A DNA stretch of 64,000 bases from Terrimicrobiaceae bacterium (GTDB lineage: Bacteria > Verrucomicrobiota > Verrucomicrobiia > Chthoniobacterales > Terrimicrobiaceae): positions 67,379-131,378 of the forward strand of contig JANRKJ010000018.1 in NCBI GenBank assembly GCA_033763515.1, given 5' to 3'. Under the pieces are notes generated by a model. It searched no databases, was not told the DNA's origin, and saw only the letters and a list, made by a program, of their open reading frames with translations. The position numbers and the translations under genes were made by a program. The stretch's first letter is position 1, and every line of letters begins with the position of its first letter. This document shows positions 9,612 through 17,061 of the stretch, one piece after another.

Positions 9612-9884
9612 GCTGGGATGATGGTTAACACACCCTCGGCGCGCGGGCGAGTGTTCTGTGAGAACTCCACCATTTCCCCGGGAGCCGGCCCGATATCCAT
9701 CCGGCAAAATCACGGTTGACATTCCCAGCATCCCGGGTTTTCCTTCAGCCGTTGTTTCGATCCGCGGTGCGGATTTTCCTCCGCTCCTTCATCGACTCCC
9801 ACACACATCACTTTCATATCTTTTGCCGGCCGGAGCCCCCAAAGTCCGACGCCGGAACTGATCGACTCTGTTTAGACTGAATCA

Positions 9885-10640
9885 ATGGCCGGCCACAATA
9901 AATGGTCGAAGGTGAAGCGCTTGAAAGGTGCTTTGGATGCAAAGCGCGGCAAGCTCTTCTCGAAACTTTCGAAAGAAATCTCGGTCGCTGTGCGACTCGG
10001 GGGAGGCAATCCCGCCTTCAATCCCCGCCTCCGCGCCGCCGTGCTCGCCGCCCGCGCCCAGAGCATGCCAAACGACAACATCGAACGGGCCATCAAAAAA
10101 GGATCCGGTGAAATCGAGAGCGGTGCCATCGAGGAAATCGTCTATGAAGGCTACGGCCCAGGAGGCGTCGCCATTCTGGTCGAAACCGCCACCGACAACC
10201 GCAACCGCACCGCGGCTGACATGCGGTCGATCTTCACGAAGAACCACGGCAATCTCGGCAGCTCCGGCAGCGTTTCCTACCTCTTTGACCGGGTCGGCCA
10301 GGTGACCATTCCCCTCGCGCACGCCGCCGAGGATCAGGTCCTCGAAGCCACGCTGGAAGCCGGAGCCGATGAACTGACGAGCGACGACGAACACCACATT
10401 GTCATCACCCAGCCGGACCGTCTTTATGCCGTTGCCGAGGCATTGAAATCGGCCGGACTCGAATCCGACTCGCAGAAATTGACATTTGTTCCGCGCACGA
10501 CGACGATGGTTGTCGATCCTCAGGCAGCCCGGCAGGTGCTGCGCCTTTGCGATGCACTGGACGAGAACGACGATGTTCTCAGCGTGCACGCCAATTTCGA
10601 GATCCCCGAGGACATCCTCGCCGGGGCCTCCTCCAACTGA
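9885..10640 (+). CDS. yebC: YebC/PmpR family DNA-binding regulatory protein
   Basis: MAGHNKWSKVKRLKGALDAKRGKLFSKLSKEI... is the canonical YebC N-terminus; 251 aa. Confidence 0.93.
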   Translation: MAGHNKWSKVKRLKGALDAKRGKLFSKLSKEISVAVRLGGGNPAFNPRLRAAVLAARAQSMPNDNIERAIKKGSGEIESGAIEEIVYEGYGPGGVAILVETATDNRNRTAADMRSIFTKNHGNLGSSGSVSYLFDRVGQVTIPLAHAAEDQVLEATLEAGADELTSDDEHHIVITQPDRLYAVAEALKSAGLESDSQKLTFVPRTTTMVVDPQAARQVLRLCDALDENDDVLSVHANFEIPEDILAGASSN

Positions 10641-10651
10641 ACGATTTTCCA

Positions 10652-12082
10652 ATGACCGAAGAACCCAACCAGCCGCCAGCCGAGGCGGACTCCACCGAAT
10701 CGCCATCCAAGCCGCGCGCCCCGCGCCGGCCCCGTGCTCCGCGGACGCCCCGTGGCCCTCGCGCCCCGCGGAAAGCCAAGGTGGTCGAATCCGTTGGTCC
10801 CAATGGCACCGAATCTCCCGCGCCGGAATCTGCTCCCGAGCCATCGGGTCCGGTTGCACCGACTCCTCCGCAAGCTTCCGCTCCGCAGGCCGAAAACCCA
10901 GTTCCGGAGCCCCAGCCGGCACCCCCGGTCGCTCCCACACCGCCGCCCGCACCCGCTGCGCCTCCGCCCCCCCCGCCCCCGCCAACCTATGCGGAGGGCA
11001 TCGTGGAAGTTTCGGGCAAAGGATTCGGATTTCTCCGCGAATCGAAGCGAAACTACGCCCAGTCGAACAACGACATCTTCGTGACCCCCGAGGTCGTCCG
11101 CAAACACGGCCTCCGCGACGGCATGTGGATCCGGGGCGAAACCCGCCGCGGCAGCCGCGGCCCGCAGCTTTTCCGACTCACCGAGATCGAAGGCGAAGAT
11201 CCTGACAACTTCCAGTCGATCCCCGTTTTCGAGGAACTCACCACGATCAACCCGAACAAGCGAATCCAGCTGGAGACCGTTCCGGACCGTTACACGACAC
11301 GCGTCATGGACCTCATGACTCCGGTGGGCAAAGGCCAGCGCGGTTTGATTGTCGCACCGCCGCGGACCGGCAAAACCACGTTGCTCCAGCACATCGCCGA
11401 TGCCGTCGTCAAAAACCACCCGGAGATGAAACTCATCATCCTCCTCGTCGACGAACGTCCCGAGGAAGTGACCGAAATCCGTCGCACCGTGCCGACCGCC
11501 GAACTCATGGCGAGTTCGAACGATTCCGACATCAAAACACATACACGGATCGCGCAGCTTGCCATCGAGCGCGCCAAGCGCCTGGTCGAAATGGGCAAAG
11601 ACGTGTTCGTTTTGATGGATTCATTGACCCGAATCGGCCGCGCGTTCAACAACGCGCAGGGCGGTGGCGGACGCACGATGTCCGGCGGCGTCGACGCCCG
11701 TGCCCTGGAGATTCCCCGCAAGCTCTTTGCGGCGGCTCGAAATACCGAGGAAGCCGGGTCGCTGACGATCATGGCCACCGCACTGATCGAGACGAACAGC
11801 CGAATGGATGAGCTGATTTTCCAGGAGTTCAAAGGAACCGGCAACATGGAGCTCGTCCTCGACCGCAAGATCAGCGACCAGCGGATTTATCCGGCCGTCG
11901 ACATTTTCCTCTCGGGCACGCGTCGCGAGGAATTGCTTTTGCCGGGCGAAGACCTCCACAAAATCAATGTCATCCGCCGCGGCCTCGCCGGCCACAAGCC
12001 GATCGAAGCCATCGAGCGCCTTCTCTTCTTCATCCGCAAATACCCAACAAATGCGGAGATGTTGAAGGGGCTCCCAGGCTAA
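10652..12082 (+). CDS. rho: Transcription termination factor Rho with a disordered Pro/Arg/Ala-rich N-terminal extension
   Basis: OB/CSD region GIVEVSGKGFGFLRE, Walker A GLIVAPPRTGKTTLL, Walker B IILLVDERPEEV, and SGTRREELL. The first ATG after the yebC stop is at 10652. The first ~110 aa are low complexity. Confidence 0.93.
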   Translation: MTEEPNQPPAEADSTESPSKPRAPRRPRAPRTPRGPRAPRKAKVVESVGPNGTESPAPESAPEPSGPVAPTPPQASAPQAENPVPEPQPAPPVAPTPPPAPAAPPPPPPPPTYAEGIVEVSGKGFGFLRESKRNYAQSNNDIFVTPEVVRKHGLRDGMWIRGETRRGSRGPQLFRLTEIEGEDPDNFQSIPVFEELTTINPNKRIQLETVPDRYTTRVMDLMTPVGKGQRGLIVAPPRTGKTTLLQHIADAVVKNHPEMKLIILLVDERPEEVTEIRRTVPTAELMASSNDSDIKTHTRIAQLAIERAKRLVEMGKDVFVLMDSLTRIGRAFNNAQGGGGRTMSGGVDARALEIPRKLFAAARNTEEAGSLTIMATALIETNSRMDELIFQEFKGTGNMELVLDRKISDQRIYPAVDIFLSGTRREELLLPGEDLHKINVIRRGLAGHKPIEAIERLLFFIRKYPTNAEMLKGLPG

Positions 12083-12089
12083 GACTCTC

Positions 12090-12869
12090 TCAGGAACGCG
12101 GCGCATCCGGCCGATGCCGGAAGATGCCGCGTTGCTTGTGTGGGTCCGCCTCTTTGTAGCGGAATGGCAGGCCCTTCCACCAAAGCCGCAGCGCTTCCCA
12201 GTGGATCAATGCGATGACCTTCAGCGTGATCAACGGATAACGGAGCGTCATCGCCAGCAGGCTCGCGGTTGTCAGTTCCCGCCGCTCACCGGTCAATGAA
12301 CTGATCAGCGTCTTTTCGTTTCCGGCGTGGTTGTCGATCCAAACGCCCAAATGGTCGCCCGGCGGATCGAAGCGAAAATCGAACGCGAGGTCCACATCCG
12401 AGAACGGCGACACGTAAAAGTCCTTTGCCACGCGCCGGGCAAAGCCATCTCCGGCCGGCGGAACAAGGAACGGCTTGAGCTCGGAAAATGTATTTCCAAC
12501 CTGAATCACAGACGTCATCGGCGAGCCGTCCGGCCGGTCGCAGAAAAAGATCGAGATCGGATTGAACGTGTAGCCGAACAAAGCCGGCAACGTCAGCAAA
12601 CGGATTCGGCCGGGCTTCTCGAAGATTCCCTCGCATTCGAGGAACAGCTCGATATTCCGCCGCAGCCCGCCGGAACTCAGTTGAAAATAGTCACCGTCAC
12701 GCAGCGAATAAACGTTCGGAGCATTGGACGAGAAGATCGGCACACGATTCGAGACGGCGTCCAACTCATCGAGGTCGAGCAGGAAGAGAAAGACGCGATA
12801 CACGAATGCATGTTCCTTGGGAAGGATCCTCCGGTGCATCACCGTGCACTCATAGAGGCACGAATTCAT
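12090..12869 (-). CDS. DUF1365 family protein (UfaO-like)
   Basis: MNSCLYECTVMHRRILPKEHAFVYRVFLFLLDLDEL is the typical DUF1365 N-terminus. ATGA overlap with the upstream gene at 12866-12869. Confidence 0.8.
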   Translation of the reverse strand: MNSCLYECTVMHRRILPKEHAFVYRVFLFLLDLDELDAVSNRVPIFSSNAPNVYSLRDGDYFQLSSGGLRRNIELFLECEGIFEKPGRIRLLTLPALFGYTFNPISIFFCDRPDGSPMTSVIQVGNTFSELKPFLVPPAGDGFARRVAKDFYVSPFSDVDLAFDFRFDPPGDHLGVWIDNHAGNEKTLISSLTGERRELTTASLLAMTLRYPLITLKVIALIHWEALRLWWKGLPFRYKEADPHKQRGIFRHRPDAPRS

Positions 12870-14134
12870 GAGCCGGCGAGGATCGGACGCAGCACCTCCG
12901 ACAAGTTCACCGCCGATGCATAGGCGTCCTCATGAAAGCCATGCCGAAAGTAGCTTCCGCAAAAGAAAATGCGTTGCGAGGGGGCGCGGCGGTTCAACTC
13001 CGGAAGGTCGGCCTGCGCGCGCATCGCTTCCAATGTGTAGACCGGATGCTCGTAGACCGTGCGGTACAGGACGCCAGCCGGTTCTGTGCGGGCGTTGATC
13101 GAAACGAAGTAATCGCGATCCGGAGAGACGTTCTGCAGAGCGTTCATCCAGTAGTGGGTGGTGGCAACGGTTCGGTCCGAACCATCGTTCTCGATGCGGT
13201 AATTCCAGGACGCCCACGCCCGCCGACGGCGGGGCATCACGGTGGCATCCGTGTGCAGCGTGGCCGTATTGCGCTGGTATCCAAAGGCCCCGAGCAACCG
13301 CTCCTGCAAATGCGAGGGCTCGGCCAGCATGGCGAGCGCCTCGTCCGCGTGCGCGGCAATGACCACGCGATCGAAATTCAGCCGCTCACCGCCCTCGATC
13401 ACAACCGTTGCCGAGTCTGCGCTCTCCTCCACCCGGACGACGCGCGCCGGAAGCCGCGCCGGCTGAAAAGCCGCAAGGATCCTGTCGACGTACGCACGCG
13501 ATCCGCCATCGACCGTGTACCACTGGTGATGCGTGTCGACTCCCAGAAAACCATGGTTGTCAAAAAATCGCAGAAGGCTGAGTGCAGGAAAATCCAGTAC
13601 GCGCCCAGGTTCGGTCGACCACACCGCCGAGCTCATCGGCACCAAATAGAGGTCCAGAAAATCCTGCCCCAACCCATGAACATCGGTGAATTCGCGGAGC
13701 GTCTGCCCCTCGGTCGCCGGGTCCTTCAACGCGGCTTTGGCCACCGCGAAAAACCGGAGCACCTGTCGAAGGAAGAGATAAAAACGTGGACGAACCAGAT
13801 TTCGACGCTGCGCGAAAACTTTGTTCGCGCCCATTCCGTTGTACTCAATCCCCAGTGGTTGGTGCGAAACACTGAATGACATTTCCGAGGGCTTGGTGCG
13901 CACCCCGAGTTCATCGAAAAGCCGCGTCAGATGCGGATACGTCGCGTGGTTGAAAACGATGAACCCGGTATCGATCGGAACCGTTTTTCCACTCTCCTCA
14001 ACAAAGACCGTGTTCGAATGACCGCCCGTGCGGCTGTCGCGTTCGATCAACGTGATGTCTGCGACGTCGCGCAGATTCCACGCGCAGCCCAATCCGGCCA
14101 CGCCGGTGCCGATGACCGCCAGACGGGGCTTCAC
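12866..14134 (-). CDS. FAD/NAD(P)-binding amine-oxidase-like oxidoreductase (UfaD-like)
   Basis: With the GTG start at 14132-14134 (GTGA overlap with the desaturase stop), the protein begins MKPRLAVIGTGVAGLGCAW (Rossmann GxGxxG) followed by ERDSRTGGHSNT. This family usually neighbours DUF1365. Confidence 0.8.
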   Translation of the reverse strand: MKPRLAVIGTGVAGLGCAWNLRDVADITLIERDSRTGGHSNTVFVEESGKTVPIDTGFIVFNHATYPHLTRLFDELGVRTKPSEMSFSVSHQPLGIEYNGMGANKVFAQRRNLVRPRFYLFLRQVLRFFAVAKAALKDPATEGQTLREFTDVHGLGQDFLDLYLVPMSSAVWSTEPGRVLDFPALSLLRFFDNHGFLGVDTHHQWYTVDGGSRAYVDRILAAFQPARLPARVVRVEESADSATVVIEGGERLNFDRVVIAAHADEALAMLAEPSHLQERLLGAFGYQRNTATLHTDATVMPRRRRAWASWNYRIENDGSDRTVATTHYWMNALQNVSPDRDYFVSINARTEPAGVLYRTVYEHPVYTLEAMRAQADLPELNRRAPSQRIFFCGSYFRHGFHEDAYASAVNLSEVLRPILAGS

Positions 14135-15072
14135 CGTCTCGAACGCGGTGCGTCTTCGTAAACGCGCGCCGGCACGGTCTTGACGTCCCACACGATGCCG
14201 AGACAGGCCATCAGGCGGATCAGGTAATACGAGATGTCGACCTCCCACCAGTAGAACCCCTGGCGGGCGGAGGATTGGTAATGGTGATGGTTGTTATGCC
14301 AGCCCTCACCCAACGTGAAGAGCGCGAGGAGCAGGCTGTTGCGGCTCTCATCTTCGGTTTCAAACCGCTTCGTGCCGAGCGTGTGAGCGAACGAATTCAC
14401 CGCACACGTCGCATGAAACAGGACCGTCGTGCTGATGAAGAATCCCCAGACGACCATCTGCCATCCGCTCGTCGCCACGCCGAGAGCCTCCAATCCCGCG
14501 CCCAATCCAAACAACATCCCAATCAGCAGGATCGGCCCAATCAGATCGAAGCGGTTAAGGAAAACCAACTCCGGATATTTCGCGAGGTCACGCACGAGCC
14601 GGTAATCCGTCGGGAAATTCCGGCTGCTGGTCAGCCAGCCGATATGCGACCAGACAAAACCCTTCCAAATTGGCGAGTGCGCATCAATTTCCTCGTCCGA
14701 GTGGGCGTGGTGATGCCGGTGCACAGCGGCCCACCAAAGCGGGCCACGCTGGACCGCCGTGAGACCGATCAACCCGAAAAGAAACTGCATGAAGCGGGAC
14801 GTCCGATAGGCCCGATGGCAAAAATATCGGTGGTAGAATGCGGTTACCGCGAACATTCGGACAAAATAAAGCGCCACCGCCACGACGACTGCCGGCCAGC
14901 TCCAACCCGTCCAGAGAACGCCCAGACATCCCAGATGCAGGATGATGAAGGGAATGCTCCGCTTGAATTCGAACCGCTCCGGACCCTGCCGGACCTTTTC
15001 GGCGCCTTCCGGAAAATAGTCGGAGTCGATCATTTCCAGAATCGGACGAAACAAGCGCGCAGCAAACGTCAT
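14131..15072 (-). CDS. Membrane acyl-CoA/acyl-lipid desaturase (stearoyl-CoA delta-9 desaturase family)
   Basis: Three His boxes are present: HRYFCHRAY, HRHHHAHSD, HNNHHHYQ. Several TM helices are also present. Confidence 0.88.
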   Translation of the reverse strand: MTFAARLFRPILEMIDSDYFPEGAEKVRQGPERFEFKRSIPFIILHLGCLGVLWTGWSWPAVVVAVALYFVRMFAVTAFYHRYFCHRAYRTSRFMQFLFGLIGLTAVQRGPLWWAAVHRHHHAHSDEEIDAHSPIWKGFVWSHIGWLTSSRNFPTDYRLVRDLAKYPELVFLNRFDLIGPILLIGMLFGLGAGLEALGVATSGWQMVVWGFFISTTVLFHATCAVNSFAHTLGTKRFETEDESRNSLLLALFTLGEGWHNNHHHYQSSARQGFYWWEVDISYYLIRLMACLGIVWDVKTVPARVYEDAPRSRR

Positions 15073-15075
15073 TCG

Positions 15076-15966
15076 TCAATCCTCCTGAACGCCAAGAACC
15101 CCGAGGAGACGGTTGAGGTCATCTTCGCCGTAGTATTCGATCTGGATGTTGCCCTTCTTCTCACCGTGTTGAATTACGACGCGAGTCGAGAGTCGGTGCG
15201 TCAATAAATTCTGAATTCGCTGAATCGACGGGGCCGCCGATTTCGGGGAAGCGCCAGCGCGCGGGGCACGACCGGCGGGCTGGCCGGATTTGGCGAGGTG
15301 CTGGGCCGCCAGCTTTTCTGCCACGCGAACCGACGCGCCGGAGCGGACGATCTGGTCGGCGAGCAGGTTCTGCTCCTCGTGGCTTTTGAGCGAAAGCAGG
15401 ACTTTGGCGTGCCCGACCGAGATGCGGCCGTGTTTCAAAAGCCCTTGCACGTCCGGAGCCAGATCCAAAAGACGCATGGCGTTCGCCACCGAGGCGCGGC
15501 TTTTGCCGACCCGCTTCGAGATGTCCTCCTGCGTGAGACCGAAATCCCGCGAAAGTCGCGCATAGGCTCTCGCTTCTTCGATCGGGTTCAGGTCCTCGCG
15601 CTGCAGGTTCTCGATCAGCGCGAGTTCGAGGACTTCGCGGTCGGTGGCTTCGCGAACGATTGCCGGGGCCTCGGTCAACCCGAGTTCACGGGCCGCACGC
15701 CAGCGTCGCTCGCCGGCGATCAGCTCAAATTTCCCGTCAACCTTGCGGACGATCAACGGCTGGATGATCCCGCGCTCGCGGATGCTTTCGACCAGTTCCT
15801 GCAGCTGCTCACCGCGAAACTCCACGCGCGGCTGCAGTGGGCTGGGCACGATGCGGCCGATGTCCAGATTCTGGACGCGTTCGCCGAGTTCTTCGGCGGG
15901 GGCCGGATTCACCACACGCGTGTTGATCAACGCGCTGAGCCCTTTGCCGAGTGCCTGCTTTGCCAT
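15076..15966 (-). CDS. parB: Chromosome partitioning protein ParB/Spo0J
   Basis: MAKQALGKGLSALI start, the GERRWRAA (CTP-binding) box, an HTH region (QEDISKRVGKSRASVANAMRLL), and a C-terminal IQIEYYGEDDLNRLL. ATG at 15964-15966. Confidence 0.92.
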   Translation of the reverse strand: MAKQALGKGLSALINTRVVNPAPAEELGERVQNLDIGRIVPSPLQPRVEFRGEQLQELVESIRERGIIQPLIVRKVDGKFELIAGERRWRAARELGLTEAPAIVREATDREVLELALIENLQREDLNPIEEARAYARLSRDFGLTQEDISKRVGKSRASVANAMRLLDLAPDVQGLLKHGRISVGHAKVLLSLKSHEEQNLLADQIVRSGASVRVAEKLAAQHLAKSGQPAGRAPRAGASPKSAAPSIQRIQNLLTHRLSTRVVIQHGEKKGNIQIEYYGEDDLNRLLGVLGVQED

Positions 15967-16054
15967 GGGTTTGATCGTCGAGATAAACATCCCGCGACCA
16001 GACCGACAAGCAGAAGGATGGATTTCGTCCTGCAACATTTGGCAAACTCGGACG

Positions 16055-16690
16055 ATGTTCGAAGCACTCGCCGTCTGGGATGACACCGCCGCCCGAAGTC
16101 CCGCCCGCCAGATGGCGCTCGATGAGGCGCTACTCCACGACGCCCAAGTTCCGGTTCTGCGCACCTACCGCTGGAGCCAACCGGCCCTGACATTCGGCTA
16201 TCCCCAGCGTTGGGAATCCGTCCAGCAGGTCGCCGGGGAACGCACGGCCATTCGGCGCTGGACCGGAGGAGGAATCGTCGTCCACGGAGACGACCTCACG
16301 GTCGCCGTTGCCATCCCGTCCAGCCGTATCGCATCGAGCGGCGCGATTTACGAACACATCCACCGGGCGATTGCAGCCGCCTGCGGGACGGCCGTGCGTT
16401 TGGCTTCGCCCGACGATGTGCAGGTCGGTTCGGAATGCTTCGCCCACCCCGCCTTGCACGACGTCCTGTTGGGCTCGAAAAAAATCTGTGGCGGTGCCCT
16501 GCGCCGGACCAAAACGGGCGTTCTCTACCAGGGGTCCATCCAAGGCATTTCCGCGCCGGCTCCGATCCGGTTGGCCGAAACGCTCTGTCCGGGATGGAAG
16601 CCGCTGGAAATCAGCCGGAGCGTACTGGAAAAAGCCGCCCGGCTGGAGGAGGAAAAATACTCCACCGACGCTTGGAATCGTCGGCGGTAG
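16055..16690 (+). CDS. Biotin/lipoate A/B protein ligase family protein (short LplA/LipB-like)
   Basis: Residues matching the BPL_LplA_LipB domain: LRTYRWSQPALTFGY, RRWTGGGIVVHG, KKICGGALRRTKTGVLYQGSI (catalytic Lys context). The first ATG in the conserved part is at 16055. Confidence 0.7.
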   Translation: MFEALAVWDDTAARSPARQMALDEALLHDAQVPVLRTYRWSQPALTFGYPQRWESVQQVAGERTAIRRWTGGGIVVHGDDLTVAVAIPSSRIASSGAIYEHIHRAIAAACGTAVRLASPDDVQVGSECFAHPALHDVLLGSKKICGGALRRTKTGVLYQGSIQGISAPAPIRLAETLCPGWKPLEISRSVLEKAARLEEEKYSTDAWNRRR

Positions 16691-16693
16691 GGG

Positions 16694-16960
16694 TCAGGCC
16701 TTTTTGGCGGCGAGCGCCTTGGCGAGGCGGCTCTTCTTGCGATTCGCGACGTTTTTGTGGATCACGCCGCGCTTGGCTGCCTTGTCGAGAGCAGCGGAAA
16801 ACTTGGCCACGCCGGCCTTTGCCGTTTCGGCATTGCCGTCGGCGAGGGCTTTGCGGAGCGCCTTTTGTTCGGTCTTGAGGGAAGAAATAACGCTGGTGTT
16901 GCGCGCACGACGACGAACGCTCTGACGGGCGCTTTTTGCTGCTGATTTGGTATTGGCCAT
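16694..16960 (-). CDS. rpsT: 30S ribosomal protein S20
   Basis: MANTKSAAKSARQSVRRRARN...KGVIHKNVANRKKSRL is canonical S20; 88 aa. Confidence 0.95.
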   Translation of the reverse strand: MANTKSAAKSARQSVRRRARNTSVISSLKTEQKALRKALADGNAETAKAGVAKFSAALDKAAKRGVIHKNVANRKKSRLAKALAAKKA

Positions 16961-16972
16961 ATTGAAAGAATT

Positions 16973-17047
16973 TGGTGCCAGGGGGGAGAATCGAACTCCC
17001 GACCAAGGGCTTATGAGTCCCCTGCTCTACCGCTGAGCTACCCTGGC
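16973..17047 (-). tRNA. tRNA with CAU anticodon (elongator Met, or Ile2 if lysidinylated), CCA encoded
   Basis: The reverse complement reads GCCAGGG-TA-GCTC-AGCGGTA-GAGC-A-GGGGA-CTCATAA-GCCCT-TGGTC-GGGAG-TTCGATT-CTCCC-CCCTGGC-A-CCA. It has a 7-bp acceptor stem, a T-loop TTCGATT and the anticodon CAT. The G1-C72 pair argues against an initiator tRNA. Confidence 0.9.
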
Positions 17048-17061
17048 GTGGGGGAAAGAGA

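Noticed and set aside
9882-11542. Minus-strand ORFs 9882-10985 (367 aa) and 10520-11542 (340 aa)
   Set aside because: They lie antisense to yebC and rho, both of which are canonical. No motifs are present.
15644-16054. N-terminal 137 aa of ORF 15644-16690
   Set aside because: It overlaps parB on the opposite strand and has no similarity to the lipoate/biotin ligase family. The conserved domain begins after the ATG at 16055.
15076-16164. parS site (TGTTNCACGTGAAACA-like) in or near parB
   Set aside because: I could not find a convincing 16-bp palindrome by eye. The only partial matches were GTTTCACG at about 23388 and GTTTCAC at about 54970. A computational scan allowing 1-2 mismatches is needed before any claim.
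16973-17047. tRNA(CAU) as initiator tRNA-fMet
   Set aside because: Positions 1 and 72 form a normal G-C pair, whereas bacterial initiators have a 1-72 mismatch. An elongator Met or a lysidine-modified Ile2 tRNA is more likely. These two cannot be distinguished from the sequence alone.
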